Of a DNA stretch of 54,871 nt, positions 27,775-36,908 are shown in pieces. Source of the DNA: Gemmatimonadota bacterium (GTDB taxonomy: Bacteria > Gemmatimonadota > Gemmatimonadetes > Gemmatimonadales > JACORV01); contig JBGPHD010000002.1 in the NCBI GenBank assembly GCA_041484135.1, positions 1 to 54,871 of the forward strand, in the 5' to 3' direction. The stretch's first letter is position 1, and every line of letters starts with the position of its first letter. The notes below the pieces were generated by a model that saw only the letters and a program-made list of their open reading frames with translations, was not told where the DNA came from and did not search any database. Both the position numbers and the translations under genes were made by a program.

Positions 27775-30700
27775 CTATGGAGCGACTGGCGACCGCGCCG
27801 GCCGGGGCGCACTGGGCTGGCGACCCTTCTGCCACGCATTCGGGAATGCCCTCGGGCCAAGGCGCGCGGCGCGCGGCGTCACTGCGGGACTTGGCGGCCG
27901 CTGAGCCGCCTGCTGGCGCGTGGCCTCGGCCCGGGCCTGCTCCCGCTGTGCCAGCGCGGCTCGGCGTTCCCCGGCTGCCAGCGCGGACGTGGGAGCCGAC
28001 GGCGCGGCGGCGCCGGTCCGAACGCGCGCGATGTTCCTGCTCGCCAGCACGCGCGGTGCCGCCGGCACGCCACTCGGCGCGCTCGGCAGGAACGGCATGA
28101 AGATGATGCCCGCCGAGACGACTGAGTCACCCACGGTTGCACCGTTTGTCACGGCGCAGTCCACGCCCGTGACCTCGACTTTGCAACGGGGGCCGAACGG
28201 GTCACCCCAGTAATTGCTGTCGGCGTCCACCGTCGTCGTGTTCGGATAAGCGAGGTTGATCGCCCCGCCGACGACGTTCCCCTGGATGACGTTGTTGGCG
28301 GCGGACGGTGACGTGAACGGGCTGCTCGCATCCACGAAAATGCCGTATGCTCCGTTGCCTTGGAATCGGTTGAACTCGGCGCGTCCGCTCCCTCCGGCGC
28401 CGAAATTGATCCCGTTGTTGGTATTCGCGGCCAGCTTGTTGCTGTCGGCGTGGACCAACGATGCGTACACCCAGATACCGTCCACGCCGCTGCCGGTGAT
28501 GGTATTGCCGGTGGCGAAAACCGTGTCGCTCATGGCGGCGAGCAGCAGCCCAGACAGGCCGCTCCGCGTGATGGTATTCCGGGTGACGCGCGCCGTGAGG
28601 CCGCTGTAGACGTGGATGGCCTCGAGCGCGGTGCTGTCCACCGTGTTCCCCGACACGCTGGTCTGGCCGGTCAGGTTCCCCAAGCGGATGCCGTTCAGAC
28701 CGCTCACGCGGACCACGTTGCTGTCCACCCGGGCGGCGGCGCCGAAGTACATCTCGAGGCCGGTGGTGCTGCTGCTGTCCACGGTGTTGCCGACGATCAC
28801 GGTGGAATCCAACGGCGTGTCGAGATACACGCCATTGCCGTTCGCGATGAAGGCGTTGCGCCGGATCTCCACGGTGCGTTCGCCGTTGTAGGCGGCCACG
28901 CCGGCCTCGAAGCCCCGGATCCGGGAGTCGCGCACCACCAGCCGCCCGCCGTTGACGTGCACTCCCCCCTGGTACACCGTCAACTGTCCGGTAAGATCCG
29001 CCGAGTCCACCTGGACGAGCGTCAGTTGATCCGCGTAGATGCCGATGCCCGTCACCGACACCGTGTCGTGCACGCTGATGAGCGTGTCGGGTCGGCTGCC
29101 GGACTCTCCGCACTCGGCGATGTTGATCCCGTTGTATCGGGCGTTGCTGATGCGGTTCCCGATGGTGGTGACCTCCATCCGGATATCACCGCAGATGTTC
29201 ATGCCGTCGCCCTGCAACGTGTTGCTGAGGTGGTTGTGCCGCAGGGTGTAGCGGCCGCTCTGGAGCTCCAGTCCGTAGCTGCCGAACGAGCTGTCGCGCC
29301 CCGTGGTATCCACCACCAGGGAATCGATCGTCCCCACGGCGGCCGTGGCGGAGAAGCCCGTATGATCGCTGCCGATCACGGTGTCGCCGAGCGAGGTGAG
29401 CGAGACCACCGCGAAGTTGGTGCTCACCTCGATGCCCCGGGCATACCCGGTATAGAGGGTCGGCGTCCCGACGTTCCTCACGGCGTTGTGCTCGAGGACG
29501 ACGATCGGCGCGCTGACGCGGATCCCGGCTCCGGCCGCGTTGGTGACCCGATTCCCCGCGATCACCGCGCGTCCCGCGTCGTGCAGGACCTCGATGCCGA
29601 CGCACTGGGCGTTGGTGATGACGTTGTTGCGCACCTCGCTGAAGTTCACGCTGGACACCGTGATCGCCTGCGGGCTCCCGCAGTAGGGATACGTTCCCAC
29701 GCTGTCGCGCAGGATCTGGTTGTTCCTGACGAACGCCGAGTCCGCCTGGTCGATCTCGATGCCGTCGTCGTTGTAACGGTTGATGACGACGTTCTCCACC
29801 ACCGCACGCCCCAGGTCCCGCTGGCCCGGCGCGGCCCGGGGGCCCGGGCGGGCGGCGCCCTGCACGGAGGCCTGGCTGAGGATCTCGATGGCGGGGACGC
29901 CTCCGCCCTCGCCCAGGTCCCCGAACGCCGAGTCGACGCGCACGTCCCGCACGATGTTGGCGTGGCCCTCGAGGTAGATCCCGTTCCCGCGCACGATGAG
30001 GTGTGCCAGCTCCATCGTCCCCGCCGGGGAGCCGGCGCTCACGGTCTGGCAGCTCGGGCAGCCGTCCAGGCGGGAATCGATGATGGGCCGGTTCAGGGAA
30101 TCGCCGAGCAGGACCACCGACACGCTCGCCGAGACGCGCTCCTCGTACACGCCCCCCGCGACGTGGACGGTGTCACCGTCGCTGGCCACGCTCATCGCGT
30201 CCCCGATGAACGCGAAGGGTAGTGCTGCGGTGCCGGTCTGGGTCGGCGCATAGAGCGAGCGCCCGACGTCCACGAACCAGTTCCGGCGTCGCGCGAGGAC
30301 CACCACCTTGAGCGTGCCCCGCACGCCGGGGCCCAATTCCGCGGTCAGCACCGCGACGCCGGCGTCCCGCGCCTCGACCCGGGGGTTGTAGTAGTCGTTC
30401 ACGAACGCCGCCACCACGGAGTTGGAGGACCTCCATGTGAGGCTGGCCGCCGGCACCACCCGCCCCGACTCGTCCCGCGCCTGGACCTGGACCTGGACCT
30501 GCTGCCCCCTCTGGAGCTCGATGCTGTCTGGGAGCACCACCAGCGTCGAGGCCGCGCCGGTGCCGCAGGCGCCCGCGGCGGGCAGGCCGATGCGGAAGCC
30601 CGTGACCGGCAGGCCGACCGAATTGCTGAGGATGATCAGCGCGTCGCGCGAGGTGACGTTGCCGTCCGCGTCCACGTCGGCGAGCGCGCTCTGCACGATC

Positions 30701-31392
30701 AGGAGCGTGTCGTAGTCGTAGCCTTCGCCGTTGAAGATGGTGTCCACGACCAGCGTGTCCGCCGGGAGCCCCACGACCTTGGACAAGGCGATCAGCCCGT
30801 CGCGGCTGTTGGACACGCCGTCGAAGTCCGTGTCGCCCCAGGTGCCGAGGGACCGGCAGAAGACCCCGTCCACGACCTGCGCGAGCGGCAGCAGGTCGGC
30901 GAACGTGCCGGCCTCGGTCAGCTCCTGGAGGTCGAGCGTGATGGCGCTCGGCGCGGCATCCGTATACACGTAGAAGCGGATGGTGAAGAGCGTGATGACG
31001 CCCGTCGCTCCGCCCGGCCGGAGGGCCGTGAGCTTCAGCACACCGCTCGAGTAAACGCTGTCGGTGTTGACGAGCGGCTCGGCGAACCCGCTCGGCGAAA
31101 GGACCTGACTGTAGGACAGCTGGGCCGGATCGGTCACGAGGCGCAGACGGTAGGCGCCGAGCGAACGCCCCGGGGCGCCCGTCATGTCCACCGTGACCGG
31201 CACATCGACGTAGTTCCCCGTGCGGGCGGCGAGGTCGCCCCCGACGCGCACCACGATCTGCGGCGCGCGCTCGGCGGGGGCGGTGGAAGGGCGGAATGCC
31301 GCCGCGACGGACGCCCAGGGCGCCGGCGCGTGAGCGCCTAACGCCAGCCCGAGCGACGCGAGCGCGACGCGGAAGGTCAGGCCCGCGCTCAC
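27775..31392 (-). CDS. Large secreted protein: cohesin-like + dockerin-like cassette, Big_2, right-handed parallel beta-helix (PbH1/NosD-like) repeats, basic Ala/Arg/Gln-rich tail
   Basis: 1205 aa with a signal peptide. The GTG start overlaps the upstream TGA (GTGA). Dockerin-like repeats GDTDFDGVSNSRDGLIALSKVVGL and ADVDADGNVTSRDALIILSNSVGL. Ig-like segment LVVLPDSIELQRGQQVQVQVQARD. Many N-x-I/V-x-G beta-helix turns, and a terminal SNYWGDPFGP cap. Confidence 0.8.
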   Translation of the reverse strand: MSAGLTFRVALASLGLALGAHAPAPWASVAAAFRPSTAPAERAPQIVVRVGGDLAARTGNYVDVPVTVDMTGAPGRSLGAYRLRLVTDPAQLSYSQVLSPSGFAEPLVNTDSVYSSGVLKLTALRPGGATGVITLFTIRFYVYTDAAPSAITLDLQELTEAGTFADLLPLAQVVDGVFCRSLGTWGDTDFDGVSNSRDGLIALSKVVGLPADTLVVDTIFNGEGYDYDTLLIVQSALADVDADGNVTSRDALIILSNSVGLPVTGFRIGLPAAGACGTGAASTLVVLPDSIELQRGQQVQVQVQARDESGRVVPAASLTWRSSNSVVAAFVNDYYNPRVEARDAGVAVLTAELGPGVRGTLKVVVLARRRNWFVDVGRSLYAPTQTGTAALPFAFIGDAMSVASDGDTVHVAGGVYEERVSASVSVVLLGDSLNRPIIDSRLDGCPSCQTVSAGSPAGTMELAHLIVRGNGIYLEGHANIVRDVRVDSAFGDLGEGGGVPAIEILSQASVQGAARPGPRAAPGQRDLGRAVVENVVINRYNDDGIEIDQADSAFVRNNQILRDSVGTYPYCGSPQAITVSSVNFSEVRNNVITNAQCVGIEVLHDAGRAVIAGNRVTNAAGAGIRVSAPIVVLEHNAVRNVGTPTLYTGYARGIEVSTNFAVVSLTSLGDTVIGSDHTGFSATAAVGTIDSLVVDTTGRDSSFGSYGLELQSGRYTLRHNHLSNTLQGDGMNICGDIRMEVTTIGNRISNARYNGINIAECGESGSRPDTLISVHDTVSVTGIGIYADQLTLVQVDSADLTGQLTVYQGGVHVNGGRLVVRDSRIRGFEAGVAAYNGERTVEIRRNAFIANGNGVYLDTPLDSTVIVGNTVDSSSTTGLEMYFGAAARVDSNVVRVSGLNGIRLGNLTGQTSVSGNTVDSTALEAIHVYSGLTARVTRNTITRSGLSGLLLAAMSDTVFATGNTITGSGVDGIWVYASLVHADSNKLAANTNNGINFGAGGSGRAEFNRFQGNGAYGIFVDASSPFTSPSAANNVIQGNVVGGAINLAYPNTTTVDADSNYWGDPFGPRCKVEVTGVDCAVTNGATVGDSVVSAGIIFMPFLPSAPSGVPAAPRVLASRNIARVRTGAAAPSAPTSALAAGERRAALAQREQARAEATRQQAAQRPPSPAVTPRAARLGPRAFPNAWQKGRQPSAPRPARSPVAP
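30607..31260 (-). other. Cohesin-like + dockerin-like N-terminal cassette of the 1205-aa protein (aa about 45-262)
   Basis: The cohesin-style pattern (TGNYVDVPVTVDM..LGAYRLRLVTDPAQLSY..GVLKLTAL..GVITLFTIRFYV) is followed by two D-x-D-x-D-G-x5-D-a-L repeats. Cys179 and Cys276 flank the dockerin. Confidence 0.6.
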
Positions 31393-32966
31393 GGCGTCCT
31401 CCGGAACGACGGCGCGTCGTCTTCACCCGCGGTCAGGCGACGGATGGCGCCGGTACCGTTCTCGATCAACCAGAGCCCGTGACTGCCAAGAGACTGGAGG
31501 GTGATCACGATGCCCGGCGAGCCCCAGTCGACCAGGTTGGTGAAGTACCCGTACGGGTTCGCGGGCTGGATGCCCGTCAGCCCGATCGCACGCCGCGCCA
31601 CACCGCCGGTTCCCCCCACCAACCACACGCCCGCCTCGCTGGTCTGACCGCTAAGCCGCATGAGGGCGAGCGAGTCTCCCGCGGGCGACCAGCGCACGTC
31701 CCTGAAGCCGTTCGCGGAGAGGCCCGTGATCGTCAGGGCCGTGAGGCTGGAGCCGTCCGCGTTGATCGTCTTCACATTGCCGGACGAGAGGAAGGCGATG
31801 CGTACGCCGTCGCGGTTCCAGGAAGGAGTCCCCCCAGCGGGGATACCGCTCTCGGAGTCGTAGGTCTGGGACAACTGCACCTGCGACCCGCCAGTGGCGG
31901 TCATCGTCCAGAGACGGCCCGTGAGACCGAACACGATCTGCGAGCCGTCGGGCGACCAGTCGAGCGCCTCCATCGAGGTAGGAGTCAGAATGGCGGCGCC
32001 CGAGCCGTCCGTCTGGATCCGGCAGATCTCGCTGGTGAAGATGTCCGCCTGGTAGCAGTAGTAGGCGATCGTCGCGTCGTCGGCTGCGAGACGCGGCCCG
32101 ACCATCTGGCTCGCGTCAGCGCCGGTGGTCACGAGCTGGGGCGTGGTCGAGCCGGCGGCGAGATACATCAGCTGGACGTTGGGGCTCAAGGCCGGTGGCC
32201 AGCGGCGGAAGACCAGGCTCTCGCCCGGGGGCGTAAGCCCCGGGCACACGGACGGCACGCCCAGTGACAGGCGACTGACACCGTTGGTAGGCAGTCCGAT
32301 GGCATAGCTGAGCACCATCAACGCGTCGCGCGAGTTGACCATGCCGTCGGCGTCCACGTCGCCCACGCCGAGGTTGAACCCGTTCACCGGCAGGCCGACC
32401 GCCGCCGACAGCGCGATGAGCGCGTCGCGGGATTCCAGCTTGGCGTTGCCGTCCACGTCGCCGAAGAGCACGGTCGAGGTGCAGACCTGGCTGATCGGCA
32501 CGGTGAAGTTCTGGGCGAACGGATTGCCGTAGGGGTAGTAGCAGTAGTAAAAGAGCTGGGTCGTGTCCGCGGTCGCCCAGATGTACGCGCCGGCTGGTGC
32601 GCCCGGCTTGAGCTTCACCCGCAGCTTGAACGCCCCGACGTCGACGCCGGACACGCACCCGGTCCCTGACACCGTGAAGGTCCCGCTGGTGGTGGCGGAG
32701 TCGGTGATGCCGAGCCCGTCGGGGAGCGCGCCGATGATGTCGATCGCGGCCGGATCGTAGTGGAACGTCAGGCGCGCCGAGTACAGATAGTAGTAATAGC
32801 CGCTCGGGTTGGCGGCGCGGACGGGCAGCTGGACCTCGACGCCCGGCAGGAGCCCCACGGCGGTGTCTCCCGCCACGCTGCCCAGGTAGAAGGTCTGCGC
32901 CCGCGCGCCGCGCACGGCCGTGAGGACGAGCCCGAGGACGAGGAGCCCGGCCGCTGTCCGTCTCAT
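31389..32966 (-). CDS. Secreted protein: cohesin-like + dockerin-like cassette fused to TolB/PD40-type beta-propeller
   Basis: 525 aa with signal peptide MRRTAAGLLVLGLVLTAVRGARAQ. Dockerin repeats GDVDGNAKLESRDALIALSAAVGL and GDVDADGMVNSRDALMVLSYAIGL. Propeller blades with WSPDGSQIVF, SWNRDGVRIAF and WSPAGDSLAL. ATGA overlap upstream and GTGA downstream. Confidence 0.8.
   Translation of the reverse strand: MRRTAAGLLVLGLVLTAVRGARAQTFYLGSVAGDTAVGLLPGVEVQLPVRAANPSGYYYYLYSARLTFHYDPAAIDIIGALPDGLGITDSATTSGTFTVSGTGCVSGVDVGAFKLRVKLKPGAPAGAYIWATADTTQLFYYCYYPYGNPFAQNFTVPISQVCTSTVLFGDVDGNAKLESRDALIALSAAVGLPVNGFNLGVGDVDADGMVNSRDALMVLSYAIGLPTNGVSRLSLGVPSVCPGLTPPGESLVFRRWPPALSPNVQLMYLAAGSTTPQLVTTGADASQMVGPRLAADDATIAYYCYQADIFTSEICRIQTDGSGAAILTPTSMEALDWSPDGSQIVFGLTGRLWTMTATGGSQVQLSQTYDSESGIPAGGTPSWNRDGVRIAFLSSGNVKTINADGSSLTALTITGLSANGFRDVRWSPAGDSLALMRLSGQTSEAGVWLVGGTGGVARRAIGLTGIQPANPYGYFTNLVDWGSPGIVITLQSLGSHGLWLIENGTGAIRRLTAGEDDAPSFRRTP
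32292..32894 (-). other. Cohesin-like + dockerin-like N-terminal cassette of the 525-aa protein (aa about 25-225)
   Basis: Same order and spacing as in the two giant proteins. Cys162 and Cys241 flank the dockerin repeats. Confidence 0.6.
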
Positions 32967-35900
32967 GGCCGCCTCGCTGGTGCGTGGGTCGGCGCCGGCT
33001 GCGGGGTGGGGGCTCCGGCCGTGGGCCGGGCCCGAACGGCAGCGCGCGCCTGCGCGACGCGTGCAGCCTGCGCCGTGCGCGCCTGCTCGAGAGTCGCCCG
33101 CTCAGCCTCAAGCCGGCCCTCGATCCGCGCCGCTGCCGCCGCGCTCGCGACTCCGCGCGCGATCCGCTGCTGCTGCCGCGCCGCGAGGCGCTCGGCACGC
33201 GCCGCCGGAAGCCCGGCGGGGATCCGCGGCGCCGCGACGAACGCCGCCGGCTGCCGGCGCGCCGGGCGTACAGGCGCTGCTGTCCGGGCGGGAGGCATGG
33301 CCGCCTCGGGCGCGGGCAGCGCACGGGACGCCACCACGCGAGGCGCGCGTGCGGCGGTCGTGGCGAGCGCCCGCGGCGCCGGCGGCGGCGAAGACGCGTT
33401 CGGCGCCAGGAGCCATGGGAAGACGGCCCAGCTGTTCGACACGCTGTCACCGAGCGTCGCGGGATCGCAGTCCGAGGCGCAGCGCGGCCCGCGATCGTCC
33501 CCCCACCAGTTGTTGATCGCGTAGGACCCCTCGCTGTTGTCCCGCAACCCGAACGCGTTGCCACTGATGTTGTTCAGCGCGATCCCCCCACCGAAGTTGA
33601 TATAGGGGGAGAGGTAGATGCCCTGGTTCAGGCTGCCCGTGATGGTGTTGCGCGTGAGCAGGCCGTTCCCGTACTCGAAGTCGATGCCCGTGCCGGAGCC
33701 GGAGATCGTGTTCGAGTCCACCTGCATGGTGGTCGTGTCCCCTGAATAGTCGTAGACGAGGACCCCGGAGCCTGCCGCCCGGCGGATGGTGTTGCCCTGG
33801 GCCGCCGCGAAGTACTTGAGGCCGTACATCAGCCGGATGCCATCCTGCTGCACGTCCTGGATGCTGTTCGCCGCCACGACCGCCGTGTCCACGTACTCCA
33901 CGCTGATGCCGTCGCTCTTGGAGAGCGAGATCGTGTTCGAGTCGATCAGGGTGGTGGCCCGGTACCCGTAGTAGTAGTACCCCTGGACGAAGATCAGTCC
34001 GTTCGACAGGTAAGCGCTGCTGTCGCCCGTGATCACGTTGTTGGAGATCCGGGTGCGCGTCGTGCCCTCGGCGTACACGCCGCCGCCGCCGCTGATGCCC
34101 GGCAACGTGATGGTGTTCCGCAGGATGCTGTCGTCCTTCGTGCTGGCCCCGTACTGGCTGAGGTACACGCCGTAGAAGCAGCCGGCGATCACGTTGTCCG
34201 CGACCACCGCGTCGGTGGCGCCGACGTCGACCCCGACGTCACCCTCGAACTGGGTGATGCACTGGACCTGGTTCCGGAGCACGTCGAAGTGCATGCGGAC
34301 GGTGTCGGCGTAGTTGTCGCCGTTGACGCGGATAGCGGTCTGGCCGCCGCGCGTCACGATGTTGTCGGCGACCACGCCCGTCACGGAGGTGTCGTTGAGC
34401 GTCAACGTGATCGAGTAGTTCACGTCGTCGAAGACGTTGCGCTGGACCGATTGGGCGGCGTACCCGAAGGCATCGATCCCCTCCGACTGGCCGGCCACGA
34501 AGGTGTTGTCCTCGATCGTGACGGGGCCGTAGTACGACGTCACGCCGGTGTAGAACCCGTTGATGGTGTTGTTCCGCATCGTCAGGCCCGCCGGGCTGCA
34601 CGTCGGGCACCCGATGAAGTAGTTCCCGTAGAACTGCACCCCGTACTCCACCCGCCGGAACGTCGAGTTGGTGACCGTGAGGCTCGAGTCGCCGTTGGTT
34701 TGCACCGCCTGGTTGACGTTGGTGAAGTCCACGCTGTCCACCGTGGTGCGCGCGTCCTGGGTGTAGACCGCGTCCGCGCAGAGGTCGCAGCGCGGATCCC
34801 CGGTGAAGCTGGTGTTGCGGACGTCCACCACGCCGCCGCCGAACCCGCCGCCGCCCACGTACACCTGGAAGACGCTGTTCGACACGTCGCGGAAATAGCC
34901 GCCCCGCACCCGCACGTACGGCGTGTTGTAGATGTAGCCGCTGGCGGACGGGAGCACCGCCCGCACGGAATCCACCGTGACGCTGTCCAGGTCGTACGCG
35001 GTGAGCCAGTTGTCGTCCGAGTTGTAGATCGAGTCGCCATGGAAGGCGATGAAGCCGCCGCTCGTTTCGCACTGGTTCTGGTAGACCAGGTTGCGCTCGT
35101 CCACCCGCAGCACGTTGTTGGTGAACACCGCCGAGCCCAGGTCCTCGAGGTACATCAGGGTGGAGCCGCTGCGCTGGAGCGTGCTGTTCTCCATGGTCAG
35201 GTGGAACTGCGCGCCGCTGCAGCTTCTCCCCAGCTCGAGCCCGTAGTACGAAAGGTCGTGGATGTTGGACCGCGCGATGGCGACCGAGTCCACGTCCGGC
35301 GCATAGACCCCGGAGCGGCCGAAGTCGCCGATCTCGGTGTCCTCGATGACCAGCGTGTCCACGTGGTAGTTCATCTGGATCGCGTCGGAGTCGAAGTTCT
35401 CGACCCCCCGGCCGATGATCCGGCCCTTCTCGACCCGCACCGAGGCCGTCACGGCGTCGGTCACGATCCCGTTCTCCACGCCCTGGCTCCTGAGGCCGCG
35501 GAGCAGCACGTTGTCGGGCCCGTCGATCTCGACGGCGTTCCAGAGGTTCTCGAAGCCGACGTTGACGATCCGGCGGGGTCCGAGGCCGTACACGTAGACG
35601 CCCGAGCCCGCGAGGAAGGGATCGCCCACGCCGAAGATCGTCGGCCGCGTCCCGTCCAGGAGGGTGTCGCCCAGCAGCACGATGTCGGCGCCGATATCGA
35701 CCGGCCCCTGATACCGCCCCGGCCGGAGCTCGATGGTGTCGCCCGCCTGCGCGAAGTCGAGGGCCTGGGCGGTCGTCCCGAAGGGCAGCGCGGCGGTACC
35801 GATCTGGTTGGTGGCGTTCACGGCCGCGGCGTCCACGACATGCCGGGTGCGCGACGCGAGGACCGTGATGGTCGCCTGCGCCGAATCGTTGGCGCCCCGG

Positions 35901-36901
35901 AGCGCCGTGATGACGACCGAACCAGCGGTGTAGGCGCTGAGGAGTCCGTCCGCGTCCACGTCGGCGATCTCCACGTCGCTGGAACGCCAGGTCACGTCGC
36001 GCAGGGTCTGGAGCGCGCCGCCGGCCACCGCCGCCCGGGCCTCCAGCTGCACCGTCTGGTCCCGCACGATGTCCACCGGGACGGGCGTGATGGACATCGC
36101 GATGGCACCGCCGGCCGCGCACGCGCCGCCGGCCAGCAGCCCGATGCGGAAGCTGGTGACATCGATCCCGACCGCGTACGACAGGATGATCAGCGCGTCG
36201 CGGGTATCGGTGACGCCGTTGCCGTCCACGTCCCCGAGGGGGATGGCGAAGTTCCCGACGTTCAGGCCCACGGCGTTGGAGACCGCGATGAGCGCGTCGA
36301 GGCTGTTGACGAACCCGTCCTGGTTGATGTCCCCGTAGAGGCCACCCGCGGGGCAGAAGAGGCGGTTCGTCACCAGCGCGCTCGGCCGGAGGTTGGCGAA
36401 GGTGCCGGCCGCGTAGAGCTCGCTCAGGCTCATCACGAGGGTGGTCGTGTCGCCGATGAGCGGCGTGAAGCGCAGCGTGCCGAGCGTCACCATGCCGCCG
36501 GCGCCGGCCGGATTGATGCCCGCGAGCCGCAGGACGCCGTCGTTCAGCGAATCGGTATTGGCCGTCGTGACGCCGAAGGTGCCGTTGATGAGCGCGTCGA
36601 ACTGCAGCACCGCCGGGTTCCAGGAGAGCCGGGCCGCGAAGGAGCCGATCTTCTCCGTGCGCAGCGTCATGTCCGCGATGATCGGCGTGTAGAACGGCAC
36701 GCCGACCACCGAGGTCAGCTGGCCCCCGGGCCCCACGGGGATCTCCTGGGCACGCGCGGCCCGGGGCGCGAACGCCGCCCCGAGCAGGGCGAGGACGATC
36801 GGCGCCACGCGCCTCACGGCCTTCCCTCCGGTCCGCGCGCGGGAGCGGAGCCCAGGGAGGCCCCGCCGGCGCGGTCCGTCGTGCGACCCGGTCGTCATCA
36901 C
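32963..36901 (-). CDS. Large secreted protein: cohesin-like + dockerin-like cassette, Big_2, long parallel beta-helix, basic Ala/Arg/Gln-rich coiled tail
   Basis: 1312 aa with a signal peptide ending APRAARAQ. Dockerin repeats GDINQDGFVNSLDALIAVSNAVGL and GDVDGNGVTDTRDALIILSYAVGI. Big_2-like segment (VTWRSSDVEIADVDADGLLSAYTAGSVVITAL). Dozens of beta-helix turns, and an NNWWGDDRGP cap. Confidence 0.8.
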   Translation of the reverse strand: MMTTGSHDGPRRRGLPGLRSRARTGGKAVRRVAPIVLALLGAAFAPRAARAQEIPVGPGGQLTSVVGVPFYTPIIADMTLRTEKIGSFAARLSWNPAVLQFDALINGTFGVTTANTDSLNDGVLRLAGINPAGAGGMVTLGTLRFTPLIGDTTTLVMSLSELYAAGTFANLRPSALVTNRLFCPAGGLYGDINQDGFVNSLDALIAVSNAVGLNVGNFAIPLGDVDGNGVTDTRDALIILSYAVGIDVTSFRIGLLAGGACAAGGAIAMSITPVPVDIVRDQTVQLEARAAVAGGALQTLRDVTWRSSDVEIADVDADGLLSAYTAGSVVITALRGANDSAQATITVLASRTRHVVDAAAVNATNQIGTAALPFGTTAQALDFAQAGDTIELRPGRYQGPVDIGADIVLLGDTLLDGTRPTIFGVGDPFLAGSGVYVYGLGPRRIVNVGFENLWNAVEIDGPDNVLLRGLRSQGVENGIVTDAVTASVRVEKGRIIGRGVENFDSDAIQMNYHVDTLVIEDTEIGDFGRSGVYAPDVDSVAIARSNIHDLSYYGLELGRSCSGAQFHLTMENSTLQRSGSTLMYLEDLGSAVFTNNVLRVDERNLVYQNQCETSGGFIAFHGDSIYNSDDNWLTAYDLDSVTVDSVRAVLPSASGYIYNTPYVRVRGGYFRDVSNSVFQVYVGGGGFGGGVVDVRNTSFTGDPRCDLCADAVYTQDARTTVDSVDFTNVNQAVQTNGDSSLTVTNSTFRRVEYGVQFYGNYFIGCPTCSPAGLTMRNNTINGFYTGVTSYYGPVTIEDNTFVAGQSEGIDAFGYAAQSVQRNVFDDVNYSITLTLNDTSVTGVVADNIVTRGGQTAIRVNGDNYADTVRMHFDVLRNQVQCITQFEGDVGVDVGATDAVVADNVIAGCFYGVYLSQYGASTKDDSILRNTITLPGISGGGGVYAEGTTRTRISNNVITGDSSAYLSNGLIFVQGYYYYGYRATTLIDSNTISLSKSDGISVEYVDTAVVAANSIQDVQQDGIRLMYGLKYFAAAQGNTIRRAAGSGVLVYDYSGDTTTMQVDSNTISGSGTGIDFEYGNGLLTRNTITGSLNQGIYLSPYINFGGGIALNNISGNAFGLRDNSEGSYAINNWWGDDRGPRCASDCDPATLGDSVSNSWAVFPWLLAPNASSPPPAPRALATTAARAPRVVASRALPAPEAAMPPARTAAPVRPARRQPAAFVAAPRIPAGLPAARAERLAARQQQRIARGVASAAAAARIEGRLEAERATLEQARTAQAARVAQARAAVRARPTAGAPTPQPAPTHAPARRP
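36164..36745 (-). other. Cohesin-like + dockerin-like N-terminal cassette of the 1312-aa protein (aa about 53-246)
   Basis: Pattern VVGVPFYTPIIADM..IGSFAARLSWNPAVLQF..GVLRLAGIN..GMVTLGTLRF, then the two Ca-binding repeats. Cys183 and Cys261 flank the dockerin. Confidence 0.6.
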
Positions 36902-36908
36902 CGGCGAC

